From Lama glama (lineage: Eukaryota): a DNA stretch of 64,000 bases. Of the stretch, positions 1 to 11,980 are shown piece by piece. Position numbers and translations under genes: made by a program. The notes below the pieces were generated by a model. It was not told where the DNA came from. It made no database searches and worked only from the letters and a program-made list of their open reading frames with translations. Positions within the stretch are counted from its first letter, which is position 1. Each line of letters begins with the position of its first letter. Location of the stretch: assembly GCA_028534125.1 (NCBI GenBank), contig CM052817.1, positions 92,940,001-93,004,000 on the forward strand. Direction: 5' to 3'.

Positions 1-9
1 AGGGTATGA

Positions 10-112
10 ATCTTTTCTTGCTTATTCCACCAACTTCAGCATTTAGCATTGTACCTAGTGCCTAAAATATAGTAGCTGCTCAGTTAATGTTTGTAAAATG
101 AAGAAGTGAATG
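10..112 (+). mobile_element. L2 LINE 3' end fragment
   Basis: Decayed L2 terminus '...tagtagctgctcagttaatgtttgtaaaatgaagaagtgaatg' resembles the L2 3' consensus (gtaggtgctcaataaatgtttgttgaatgaatg). Confidence 0.55.
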
Positions 113-299
113 CATTAATTTATGAGATGTGCAAGAATTAGTACCCTGCGTAGTCTGTGTCTCATACTTTCATTATGCCTACTCTTGTCCTCATTTTTTG
201 GGGACTTGAAACTGTAGTTGAAATCCCCCCCAAAAAAAGACCTTTGGGAGTCACTTCTCTGCATCTAAAATATCAGTTTTGTTTTTTAAGATAATAATG

Positions 300-381
300 T
301 TTGCTTTGCCTTTCCTTTCGTTCCTTTCTGTCCTTTTCTTCTCTTTCCTTCCTTTTCTTTTCTTTCTCTGTTCTTTTTCTT
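300..381. repeat. CT-rich low-complexity tract
   Basis: Almost pure pyrimidine run (tttcctttcg ttcctttctg ... ttctttttct). Confidence 0.8.
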
Positions 382-1299
382 AAGTAACCCGGATCTTGAA
401 TGAAGACCATGTTAACCAGTGCACTCAGGATAAGTCTTTATGGAACTGATACTTTGGTTTATAAGCTCCATTGTCTTTGTCCAGTTCATGCTGCTGGTGT
501 TGGATGACTTAATGAAAATGCCTGAGGTGGACAGATAAAAGGACTACAGAGCAAAGTCATGACACGGGCTTCTATCCTGAAGAATACTTGTTGCAGAATG
601 TCCCTGGCATTAGGTAAAAATAGATAAAATATAGCATTTTCAAAGCCCTAATCTTATATCAACACAAGTGCCCTGCTCTTGTTTTAACCCTGGCTTGGCA
701 CTGCTTGACAACAGATTACAAAAGGAAGAAATTGCTCTTTCTTGTTCACAAGACAGATCTAGTCTGCGTATATCAAAAGACCAGCTCTCTTTTGCAGCCT
801 CTGGACTGCTCTCAGGCCTACAGTCTGCTTCTCTGTCCAAAAGACAAAAAAGCAAAGCAAAACAAAACAACAACAAAAAAAACCCCCGCAACAACAACAC
901 TGGGAGGATGAACTTTTCAAATCAGACTTTTACGGGTAGTTGAAAATTTAGTTTGCCCCCAACTGGGAAAAGAAAAAATTAGCCTGTAAAACAGGAGTAC
1001 AGAAAAAATTTCAACATAAAAAACTTGCTAAATGTTTCATGCTCTATTGTACAACAGAGCAAAATGAGATGAGCGTATTAGTGGCAGTTGAGACAAATGG
1101 CTTTTCAAATTCAGTTTTTTTTATGAGAGTAATTTAGGAAGTGCCGTGTAAGAGTCATTAAGTACAAAATCCCATAACCGTCAGTGTGAGTTGTATTCTG
1201 TTTTTGTTTGGCTCGCTGAGTGACATCCCATACCTTAAATCCGATAAAGAAACTCTTTTGGAGGCTAAAAACAGAGGGCATTAAAACATACTCTCCAGG

Positions 1300-2340
1300 C
1301 AGCACAGGGGTTCCTGGGAAAGGGGGTCCCTAAAACAACCTTTGCCTGCCTCGCTGAGGAGACAGGGAGAAATCAGAGGAAGCCTTTGCTTCCAACACGT
1401 GATGGATTAAAATCAAGAACCTCCTGTGAGCTAGCCGCCCGCTGCCCCTGGGAAAATCAAGAGTGTGGGCAGGAGTAGTGAGCTGGTGGGAGATGATTCC
1501 AAGCAGGGAGGCAGGAGCCAGAAATGAAGCTTGAATCATCTGACTGTGAAAAACGGAAAGATGAGCCCCAGCGCAGCTGTGGCTTGAAGTCTCCGGCGGG
1601 ATGACATCAGTTGTTGTTTTGGGATGGGCTGAAAAGACAAAAAAAAAAAAAAAAAAACAGGCAAAAATAAGCCTCTTTCCCCCTCGCCTCTCTCTGCTGG
1701 CCTGAAAAGTTACGGTGTGTGAAGTGGGACCCTTTGTAAGTACTTGTAGGAAGGTCTCACCAACTCCAGGGGATTTAAAAACCAACAAAACACACTCTAA
1801 ATCCAAGATCTCAGGGGAAGAACATTTTTGCGGGTCCCTGTTTATGGGATACTTGTTGAGCCTGGTACCGTGTGGCCCATTTAACCTGGCCGGATACTTC
1901 CTATGTGTGACTCACTTACGTGCATTTTAAGTTTAATCGCATGACTTGCCCTCAGAATTAAGCCCCAACCCTTCATGCTCGTTGTATACCAGCGTCCTCC
2001 TCATTCTTGTAGCAGTGCTTCTCCAACCCTGCACGGAAAGAGACGGCCACATGGTCGAATCTTCCCGCAATTCTTTCATAGAAGTTTTCTCTGGTAGCCG
2101 CTTAGTCCCTCTGACAACTGGCCACGGTTGTCTCAGCTCTAAGCCTTTGCTCCTGAGTGTGCTTTCACCTGGGTTTCCAGTTGTCCCTCGGGATTCTGCC
2201 GCATTGAGCTGGGCTTCTTACCGTTTGGGTCGAGTCGCCCTTCCCTAGTCTTCCTCAGCCCCACCCCGCTCACACGGGTGACCCCTTCTCTGTACTGCAG
2301 CCTCCACACCGCCCTCCGACCACCATCTCTGCCCTCCTCT
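1300..2340 (+). promoter_or_regulatory. CpG-enriched promoter-like region with candidate non-coding first exon ending at 1735
   Basis: About 30 CpGs by hand count in 1400-2340, against strong CpG depletion elsewhere, and no recognisable repeat. Motifs: E-box CACGTG (~1396), CGGAAA (~1554), CRE/ATF-like TGACATCA (1602-1609), AP-1 TGACTCA (~1908). Splice donor TTT|gtaagt at 1736. Confidence 0.5.
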
Positions 2341-2473
2341 GGTGCTGCACATTTTCTCCAGGCCATTCTGGTCTCCTTGGCTGCAGATTCCATTGTATCC
2401 ATCACAGAGATTTATTTGTTTTTATGGAATTTGTCTGTGCTGTGTGGCAACATCTGTGATGTTTTATTGTTGA

Positions 2474-2497
2474 GTGTGTGTGTGTGTGTGTGTGTGT
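2474..2497. repeat. (GT)n microsatellite
   Basis: About 12 perfect GT units. Confidence 0.95.
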
Positions 2498-3008
2498 ATT
2501 CACATGCTAGAAGAGGAAAGACATTTCCTTTTTGTCTTTTTCTCATTCTGAAGCAGTATGCTTTATTCACTCTTGCCCCTACTCTTGGCAGAAACATCAG
2601 TGAACCACCACGAGTGACCCCATTGCCCTATCAGGGGCTATCATGCACCGATCCCCTCCGGTCTTGCACCATCCTCTGTGCTGCTCCTCTGCTTGCATAA
2701 CCCCAGCTGGGACTTGGGGTGGACACAGCTGGCTCAGCGGTTGTGTGGGGTCGGCAGAATGGGCTGCGTACTCCATCAGTGTCGAGCACTCAAGATGGGC
2801 TGGGGTGGAGGAAGAATTTCCGGTTAGGAAAGCATGAGCTGATAATTCACATTCTTCTATGTGTAATGAGGTCAAATCCATGTAAATGTCATGTCATCCA
2901 GTTTATGGGATCGTATTCATTTGTTCATTCATTCACTCAGTTCTTCATTCATTAACTCATCTGTCATATATTGGGATCTTGTCTGTGTGAATACATTCAG
3001 GAGGGAGG

Positions 3009-3520
3009 TGTAGCAATTATCTGTTGCCATCACAATGCTGGCAACTAACCAGAAAACCTAGTAGCGTACAACCACAACCATATAAGCTTTTATTTAATGC
3101 ATGAGTCTGTGAGCCAGAGGGGTGGGTTTTCTTGTCTGAGCCAGGCTTGACTGATCTCAGTGGAGCTCACTCATTTATCTGTCATTAGCTGGTGGTTCAA
3201 CAGGGGACCAGATGGTCTAGGATGGCCTTGGCCAAGACAGGTGAGATAGCTTGGATTTCATTCATGTGGTCTCTCCTCCTTCAGCAGGCTTACCTGGCCT
3301 TGACCACATGATGATGAGGACCCAAGACAATGATGGGAATGGACAAGACCTCTTGAGTCACGGCCTCAGAAATGGCACAAAGCGCCTTCTGTCCTACTCA
3401 ATTGGCCAAAAGAGTCCAAAGGAGAGCTCAGATTCACAGTAGCCATGGAATGGATGGGGAATAAACTCCTTAAGGGAGGAACTGCAAAGTCACATTCAAA
3501 GCACATGGATTCAGGAAGGC
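3009..3520 (-). mobile_element. MaLR LTR (old MLT1 type)
   Basis: Antisense MLT1 hallmarks: 'tgtagcaattatctgttgcc', 'catgtggtctctc', 'ctattggccaaa'-like, 'gaggaactgcaaagtcacatt'. Confidence 0.7.
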
Positions 3521-4884
3521 CACGCGGGGCACCCATGCACCTAGTAGGGGACAGTGGGAGCCAAGACTTTGCATTACCTTATATATCTGCCTTTCCTCAG
3601 CTGTTATGTATGCAAGTTGTTTGCAAAGTTGAACTATGTCTCGTGGTGAAGTTATGAACTTGCCTTTTTTCCAGAATTAAGTGTAGAGATGAATGTATCC
3701 AACCACCTTTTGTCCATTTCCTTTTGTATAACCCTCATGCCAAATTCAGGGTTTTTTTATTTTTAAGTACAAGGAGATAGACAGGTAAACCCCAAGTTTA
3801 GAATATAGTGCAACAAAGTCTACAAAATGAGAAGGAGGAAGAAGGATGTAGGAAAGAGGCCAATAAACAATTCCTGCACTTCGTTTCTTCCCCTTTCCCA
3901 CCAGTGCACACAAAGACACTCGTTGTGGAGATCTCAGTCTTGTTCAAGATTTGCCTGGGTGGCTACTCCTGAGATGTGGGTCTGAGCAGTTTGGAAGTCA
4001 GGTCCTGTCTGCAGAGGTGATGTGAATGCATGTATTCTATCTCTGATAAAGAAGATGCTCTTTGGAAACCCAGCTCTTATTGAAAAGTTCAAATTCTTCT
4101 CTGGGTCTTCAGGGAAGACTCTTCTGGGTTACTTTTTGTTTTGAAGTCAGTAACGGACACTGAGCTTCACTTCAGTTTCTCGTTCTGCATTTGTCACTTG
4201 GTCTTATTAGATTTCTGGACCTCACTTGTCTGTCTGATTTAGACTCCTGTCAACTCCCAAGGCAGAGATGGCTGCCTGCTGTATTTTATAGAACTTAGTA
4301 AAATCCTAGCTGTGGGTTTTTATCCATGAATCTTACACTTTCTCATCCTGCAACTCAGAACTTTCAGCATCATACCAATAACCTCTCAAAAAGTCAATTG
4401 CTGCTTACCTTTGGGTGTTGTCACAGGAAAAGAGCCAATTAGAACTTCTCAATGACAGTTCCCTTGGTCTCTGATTTTCCTTAGCATGGAAAATGAAGAC
4501 GAGAAGGGAAAGGACTGCACAGTTTAAGGGACTAGCTAACCCTGAAGAAGTGTTCTAAACTCTTGAGTTACAATCTGCTTGTCCCTTTTTGAACTCCCAA
4601 CAGGATCCTATTTTCAGGAGAAATAACTAAAATTGAAAAGGATTAGAACTTTCTAGCTGTAAGGGTCTCATATTACTGGAATGGCATTGCAGCAGCATTT
4701 TCTTTATAAATATTTAAGAATAAGGTGGACAAACTCATATTTGCTGAACTGAATGGGTTCTGTGATGCTGCTTACCAGAAAACGTTTTTTTGAGATGATC
4801 AATTTTTCTTACTTCTTTGCTTTTGACACATTCATTTTGGTTTAAGTACACTTGCTTAACAAAGAGTGTACGTGAATTTGTGTA

Positions 4885-5181
4885 TGGTTGGCCCGCCATA
4901 TCTATGGTTCTGCATCCATGGATTCAACCAAGCATGGGTCAAAAATGTTTAAAAAAATTACAGAAATTTCCAAAAAAAAAAGTTGAATCTGCTGCACACT
5001 GGCACCTATTTTTATACATTGTATTAGACTTAATCCAGAGATGATTGAAGTATATGGGAGGATGTGCATTGGTTATGTGCAAACACTCTGACATTTTATG
5101 TAAGTACTTGAGCATCTGTGGATTTTGGTAACTGCAGGGGGTCCTGTAAAATAATGCCCCCCGGATACTGAAGAGCGACTG
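4885..5181 (-). mobile_element. MER2 (TcMar-Tigger) non-autonomous DNA transposon
   Basis: Reverse complement reads cagtcgctcttcagtatccgggggg...ggaccccctgc...accaaaatccacagatgctcaagt...gcacatcctcccatatacttcaatcatctct, matching the MER2 consensus; TA on both sides. Confidence 0.85.
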
Positions 5182-5589
5182 TACATACATACATATGACA
5201 TTCAGATTAAGAAATAAAGCTAAAGTATATTCTGAAAACCTCTGGTTCAAACCCTTTATTTTACAAGCAAATAAACAGAATCAGACTGGGGAAAAAACAT
5301 CTTGCACAACACCTAGCTAGTTGTGAGGGGTGTCCTGGCCCTCAGTGCACTCACGGCAAAATTATAGACACGCTCTTATGCATGGAATGGCTGAGAAGTG
5401 GCAGAGGCATTATCCAGAAACTTGTACTCTAGTTTGTTGGAAGTAATGCCAAGTGCAGCTACCTGCAGACAGACTTGACATAGAGGCACAGCGAGCTGAA
5501 GGAGGAGGTACAGCATGTCCTATCTACGTGACATAATTTAGACTCTAAGTGGCTCTTTCCAGTCCAAATATATTCCCTTTATTACTGGA

Positions 5590-5695
5590 GCCATCATGCT
5601 TCCTAGTTTTCCGGGATAATCCTATTTTATCCCTATTATCCTGGCATGATTCACTACCACTTTAAAAAGTGTCCCTGTTTAGACAATACATTCCC
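5590..5695 (-). mobile_element. MER81-like hAT-Blackjack MITE remnant
   Basis: 'ttttccgggataatcc' and 'aaaaagtgtccctgtttagac' resemble antisense MER81 (ccaaaccgggacactttt). Confidence 0.45.
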
Positions 5696-5715
5696 AACAT
5701 AGGAATGACACCATT

Positions 5716-6012
5716 TCTTTTTTTTATAGTAGTTTTTTTCGTTTAAAATTTTTATTTATTTTTAATTGAAATATAAATTAATTGAAATGTTGATTTACAA
5801 TGTTGTGTTAGTTTCAGGTGTACAGCATATTGATCCAGTTATACGTACATATCTACGATTTTTCAGACTCTTTTCCATTATAGGTCACTACAAGGCACTG
5901 AATGAGGTTCCCTGTGCTCTACAGTAGGTCCTTGTTGTTCATCTGTTTTATATATAGTAGTGTGTGTCTGCTAATCCCAAACTCCTAATTTATCCCTTTC
6001 CCCTTTTCCCCT
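5716..6012 (-). mobile_element. L1 3' end (artiodactyl type), 5'-truncated
   Basis: Poly-T followed by 'ttgatttacaatgttgtgttagtttcaggtgtacagca...ccctgtgctctacagtaggtccttg...ctaatcccaaactcctaatttatccct'. Confidence 0.9.
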
Positions 6013-6444
6013 TAAATCCCTTACGTTTATTGAAAGCAATTAGCAATACAGGCTTAATGAATGTGAGGGAGATAATGAGAGACAGTCTTTCAGAGAAAAA
6101 TCACAAGGCCACCAAAGACAAACTCCTGCCACCTTCCATTGGTGCCAGTGCCAATTCCAGTGTGAAGACTGGTCACCTGGCAGGTGGTGAGGGGCCAATA
6201 GAATGTTTATTGTTCAACTGCTTTAGTAGACAGTTGCATCCTCATTCTGTAAGGGAAAAAGCCAATACAAGCTTAAAAGTACCACAGGGCCTCAGGAATA
6301 TTTTTCTTCTTGTAAAAAATTTCCTCAATGCTTTAATTGTTACTTAATAATCACACTTTGAAGAAAATCATACATATATATTCAAAATTAAAACCACATT
6401 AAAAAGCAAAAAAAAAAAAACCCAAAACCCCCCACAGTTTGAAC

Positions 6445-6555
6445 AAATCAGAACTAGACTCAGATATAGCAGTGGTGTAGAAATTACCACTGGGAATTTA
6501 AGATAACTATAATTAATATGCTAAGGGCTTTAACAAATAAAGTAGAATGCAAGAA
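6445..6555 (+). mobile_element. Old L1M ORF1-region fragment
   Basis: 'gggaatttaagataactataattaatatgctaagggct' is typical of L1M ORF1 N-terminal sequence. Confidence 0.55.
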
Positions 6556-6569
6556 GGAAAACAAACACT

Positions 6570-6847
6570 AACTTGAAAGATATCTGTTCCCCCATGTTCA
6601 TAGCAGCATTATTATAATTGCCAAGACATGGAAGCAACCTCAGTGTCAATTGATGGATGAATGGGTAAAGAAGTTGTGGTACATATGTACAGTGGAATAT
6701 TATCAGCCATAAAAAATGAGCACATCCTACCATGTGCAACAACATGAATGAACCAAGAGGGCATTATGCTCAGTTGGACAGAGACAGAAAGATACTATCT
6801 GATCTCACTTATGTTTGTTGTTTTTTTAGATTCCACATATGAGTGAG
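6570..6847 (+). mobile_element. L1 ORF2 end/3'UTR fragment ending in a short fold-back inversion
   Basis: 'cccatgttcatagcagcattatt...gccaagacatggaagcaacc...gtggaatattatcagccataaaaaatgag'. Bases 6814-6847 are the reverse complement of the expected L1 continuation (ctcactcatatgtggaatctaaaaaaacaacaaa). Confidence 0.85.
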
Positions 6848-7684
6848 GATGGAGATTTCCGTAAATAATATTCTGGACTGTTCCCGTAACTCTACAACTA
6901 ATATGTGAAATTGAATCTAATATTTTATTGCTCTGGAAAAGAAAAACTTCTAATTAAAGATTCTTACCCAACTCTGAGACTGCTGGTGTATAGAATCCTA
7001 TCACCTCCTAGAGGAAAGTCTCTAAAACATGTATTTTAAATCTTCTTATGCCTGCAACATGCAAAAACATTTTTACACGTTGAGGGCCATCTCCATCTTG
7101 GACTTGCAGGGATGAGGCAACAAAGCACCGGCCAATATTCACAACATATTTAAACTTGCTGTGAAATTCTAAGTAACTGGGATCCTCAAGTATTGAGTTT
7201 CAGGGCTTTCCAACAATGCATGATGAAGCCAGTCTTCAGTGCTTTCATTCACCTATTTATTTGATAATTTGCACATGACATAGAAGCCTCCATGTTATTT
7301 TTTTTCACTACTTACCGTAACAATTGTACGTGGATTTTCTTTAGTTGGTACATGTATCAGGTTATTTCTAACAAAAATCTGCATGGTTCAAGAAAGCCAA
7401 TAACTTTAACATGGCCAGAAAATATCACTGCCTAAAATGTTTTTTAAAAAGTTTTAAGTATAAATCTACCATTACTTCTTCCAAAAAAAGAGAAAACTTT
7501 AAATATTATTTTATCTTAACACATTAGTTGAGTTTTGTTGCTCTTGTTCTGTTTTGGTTTGTTTGTGTGTTTAATTAGAAGTTTTTCTTTTCCAGAGCAA
7601 AAAGGTATTAGATTCAATTTCATATATTAGTTGTAGAGTTACGGGAACAGTCTGGAACATTATTCAGGGAAATCTCCGCCCTCA
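6844..7684. repeat. 115-bp inverted repeat (6844-6958 / 7570-7684) with 611-bp spacer
   Basis: Manual alignment gives 104/115 identities with no gaps. Confidence 0.95.
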
Positions 7685-9039
7685 TTTATACATAGCCCCA
7701 GAGATAAAATCTTCTTGTTATAAACTCAGACTTAACTCCCTTGACTTCAATTAAGAGTTGATAAGGTGGTTGACTTCAGTGTGACAGGCCAGGCCCAGTT
7801 TGATTTACTGTGTGACTCAGGTTGCTGGCATAGAGGAAGGTTGATTGGACTTGTTTTGGTTGCCTCCTGATAGGGTTTTCCTGACTTCGCTCCTAGCCAA
7901 GCATCTGAGCCACTCCCTTTCCCTGGTTGTTTTCAAGTGTGCTACACTGACAGCATTATCAGTACATCTTTTCCCTCTTTTCCAGGGCCACTGCTATTTC
8001 ATTCCACCACTATATGAAAGCATCAAGTCACATGAGGGTTTTCCCCCACTTCCCCTGGCCTTTTTCCTCAGCACTGGATCTTCTGGGACTTTACCAAGAC
8101 TAGTGATGATGCTGCCATTTGCATGTGGATGGTATGACCATGCTGTAACTAACTTTGCTAAGCTCTAATTAACTTCTCCTCCTTTTCTGATCTCAAAAGC
8201 AACCTAGACTTGATAAAAAAGAAACCCTAAAACACTATGAAATATGGGATGTAAAAATTGAAAGTCATCCACTATTCTAAGCCCTGGGAAGTTTTATGTA
8301 AATTATTATAGAATTTTTTCCTACAAAAATACTTTAAAAGGGATTTTACTATATATATATATATTTTACTACTTGAATTGTCCATTGTGCCCATTGTGGT
8401 CCTGTAGAATACATACAAAGTTATAAAATTTGTTACTCCCTGAGATGGTGTAGGTTTGTTTAATAATTCTTCACTGGGGTTCATTCGGATTGCTCTTTCC
8501 CTTTCCAAATATGTTCACTAATTTTCTGTTACAAGAGGACACCTAGTTTCAGGAGGGAGATTTCTTCACTGAATTCTGTATTAAGACATAGTGTTAAAAA
8601 AAAAATACATGCACACACACAAACACATGCTCCGTATTAAAATACTTAATAATTGGTTCAACAGAAGTATTGACGAATCAAAACAGATGTCAGCCCTAAG
8701 AAATCTCTTCTCGACAGAAATTTCCACTAAGATATATTAACTCATGCACAAACGTAAGAGAGACAAACTTTTTATACAGCAAGCACAACTTACATGAAAG
8801 GTAACTACCCAAAGGTAATATATGACGTAATTGGCTTTCTCAACTTTTTCCATTACACTTTCTCCTAATGCTCATCCTTCTCTTTGAATAAACCTTGGCT
8901 GTATATGTAAGTTTTGTATTTAGCTTCACCTTCATGCTTACTTTGGTTTCCAGACTGAAACTCTTTAAATCCTAGTCAACTAATTTCTTCTGTTTGAGAA
9001 CTTTGTTATTTTGGGCAGTGGTTCTCAGGAGCTTGATAT

Positions 9040-9252
9040 GGAAACAGGGTTACTGCAGACGTAATTTGTTAAGATGAGGTCATTAAGTTGGGCCCTATTC
9101 CAACATGACTGGCATCCTTAGAAAAAGAGAAAATTTCCACACAGACACACACACACAGGAAGGACACCATGTGAAAATGAAGGCAGAATTCAGGGTGATG
9201 TTTGGACAAGTCCAGGAATGCCGAAGATTGCCGGTAATCCACCAGAAGCTTT
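9040..9252 (+). mobile_element. MLT1B/C-type MaLR LTR fragment
   Basis: 'gttaagatgaggtcat...gggccctattccaacatgactggcatccttagaaaaagag...ccatgtgaaaatgaaggcaga...ccaccagaagct'. Confidence 0.8.
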
Positions 9253-9312
9253 GGTACTTTGTTACTGTTTCCTGCTTGGTTAGGTTCCATTTAAAGAGGG
9301 TTGCAACATAGC

Positions 9313-9435
9313 AGGGAGGGTATAGCTCAGTGGTAGAACATCTGCTTGGTATGCACAAGGTCCAGGGTTCAATCCCCAGGATCTCCATTCAAATAAATAA
9401 GTAAGCCTAACTACCCACTCCTCCCCCTAGAAGAG
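9313..9435 (+). mobile_element. tRNA-derived SINE (camelid Vic-1 type)
   Basis: Head gggagggtatagctcagtggtagaac (A box), gggttcaatcccc (B box), then (aaat)n and 'cctaactaccc' tail. Confidence 0.85.
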
Positions 9436-10009
9436 AGGGTTACCTAAGACACATGTTAAAGATGGACTCTGAGAGAAGTAAAGATAGAACTTTAACTCAT
9501 TATTTTTCTCATAAAGCTCCTTCGTCTCTCTATCTTCTAAGTGATTGTGTTAGGAGTTGTTTTCTCTCAATACTGTCTTAAACTTTCTCATCTTCCATTT
9601 TTACCCATCAGTGTCTGCTCCCCAGGAGATCATTTCAGCATCTGCTACTCAGATGCAACAAATCATTTTCCTCTTTTCAACTGAAGGAACCTCATTGTTT
9701 TTGGCATGCTGTATTTTTTTAGCTCACACACCCTTGACAATCTTTTTGGAACCACTGCATGGCATGATTGTGACTCCTCTTCATTGGCAGCCATCATCCT
9801 GCCCACTTGCTTCCATTTATCATTTATTTCAAATCCTGTCCTTTTTAATCCATGTAAGCAGAGTTTGATTTTCCCAAAAAGTCTAACTTAAAACATATTC
9901 TCCAACCTTCTGCTTACAACATTTCATATAAACATTATCGTGTTATTCTGAACTTTTTTTCCCCCAGACATATAATTCCAAACATTTACTCTGAAAACCA
10001 CTTTTAACT

Positions 10010-10140
10010 CATTTTTGTATTATATAAACACACACATATAAAATATACATATTATATAATGTGTATACTATTTAATGTGTATATAATGTGTAATATTGCA
10101 TGTATATACAAAATATAATGAAATATATATATTAATATTT
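10010..10140. repeat. AT-rich low-complexity / degenerate (TA)n
   Basis: Dense tata/taca runs. Confidence 0.75.
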
Positions 10141-11227
10141 GGACAGATTATTTCAACATTAAAGGAGATTAGGATATTCCCTATTTCCTTTTTCTGCCAA
10201 AAGGAAACTAAACCAGAATGTAGCATTTGTGAGATCATTTTGTGTATATGTGAGGTGCAGGAGGACGAGAAAAGGAAAAAAGATGGGGGTTTAAGGTAAG
10301 TGTTGAGGAAGGGAGAGCAGGAAGTCAACTCAATGGCTGAGAAAAGGTCACCTAGGAGGAACTGAAAGCATCAGAGTCTGAACTCCCATCTCCTGTCATC
10401 AAGTCCTGTGTTTTTTTCCCACTACACTACAGCTCTGGAAATTCCTATCTACAATAAAGGGAATTATTGAGGGAAGATTTGAATTTTCCCCAGCAACGAG
10501 AAATGTTAACAGTTCACAGGAGTAGTGGACCCATTCTATTTTCTGGATTGATATAGTTGCATGTGGCCAGCACATGGCTCAGAGCTAGACATGTCAAATC
10601 TGTTTTGTTTCTGATGCTTCAAGGAATCTGCTTTAATAGTAAAGAAGGTCCCTTTGTTTTTGCTTAAAGGATGAACTCAGACAGAATGATTTACAGAATT
10701 TTGCAGGGATTTGTGAAGTCTTTTGGAATATATTGTATCCATAACAATGCCAACCCAGAAATGGGCATTGCTTGACTCCATTTTGTTTGGAAAATTAGAA
10801 TTTTGTCTCTGTAGAAAATACATACGAATCAAGTACAAGCGCTAATGATTGAGAAGAAATGATGAACCTATAGTTTAGAGTCAAACATTTTGGAAGCTTT
10901 TGTTTTTACAGAAATCCAATTTTGAAAATCAAAAGTAAAATTAAGCTAATCATCATTTTAAAATCTGATTGGAACAGAAGTTTCACTCTCTTAAAAGAGA
11001 TATAACTGCAGACATTCCAGCTGTATGTTAATAATCAAACATTATCAAAAAACCGTCTTGAAAGAACTCTGCTTAGCCATGCTGTTCTCATTACTTTCAA
11101 ATTATTTTCTAAAAAAGCGTAATAAAATCATACACCTTCAAGTATTTCAAATTCAACTGTCCTTCCCTGATTGGTAGACATCAGAAAGTTTTACATTATC
11201 AATTAAAACATAATAGGCATCTGTTCC

Positions 11228-11288
11228 TATATATATATATATATATAGGTATACTTATATACTTATATATATATATATATATAAGTAT
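11228..11288. repeat. Interrupted (TA)n microsatellite
   Basis: Two (TA)~10 runs separated by 'ggtatacttatatact'. Confidence 0.9.
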
Positions 11289-11791
11289 TCAACTTTTTTG
11301 CATATTTTTTCTAGGAGAGATGTTATAAACAGTGGAAGAGAGAAGATTAAGGCAGATCAATGAATGTAAATGGCTTATTGAGTTTCTATGTCAGGACAAC
11401 TTATTCAAGACTATTATAACTTTTTCTTTAGTCCAGGAAAACACAGAAGTATTTGCAACTGATTTCTGAGAAAGGAGTGCAACTTATGATAAGTATGACA
11501 CAAATACTAGATTTCTAGATACCAGTAGTCTTTTCTTTGTCCACAGGTGTGGGGTCATAAAAATGATGATGTATGTTGAAATTGTGCAAAATGATCCTAA
11601 TGATCAATGAGAAAAATTATGACTGTTCCATGATCTTTAAACACGTTTTGTCAAAACATGAAGAACTCCCTTACCATTGCTTATAAATGTATAGGGAAAA
11701 GTAGGGAAAAAAAACCAGTAATACTAATATTTATTTAGTACACTGTCATTTAAAAGATTACAACATTGAGAAGTAAGAGTCATATTTCTTG

Positions 11792-11980
11792 GCGGGTAGG
11801 TATAGGTCAGTGGTAGAGCATGTGCTTACCATGCATGAGGTCCTGGGTTCAATCCCCAGCACCTCCACTAACAAACAAATAAACAAATTAGAATGAATGA
11901 ATAAATAAACCTGATGACCCCTCCCCCGAAAAGGAGAGAAAAATATTTCTAAAAAGGTACAAAACAAAACAAGCAAAAAA
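11792..11980 (+). mobile_element. tRNA-derived SINE (Vic-1 type)
   Basis: gtataggtcagtggtagagcatgtgcttaccatgcatgaggtcctgggttcaatccccagcacctcc followed by an A-rich tail. Confidence 0.9.

Noticed and set aside
9313..9390. Possible tRNA genes (A/B boxes) at 9313, 11792, 30120 and 54280
   Set aside because: These are SINE heads: they carry SINE-specific tails, A-rich ends and TSDs, and have degenerate stems.
10293..10301. Consensus donor AAG|gtaagt (a similar GAG|gtaagt lies at ~52456)
   Set aside because: No convincing upstream acceptor or recognisable ORF; isolated donors are common in introns.
11259..11288. Perfect palindrome atact(ta)n..agtat
   Set aside because: Trivial consequence of a self-complementary (TA)n microsatellite.
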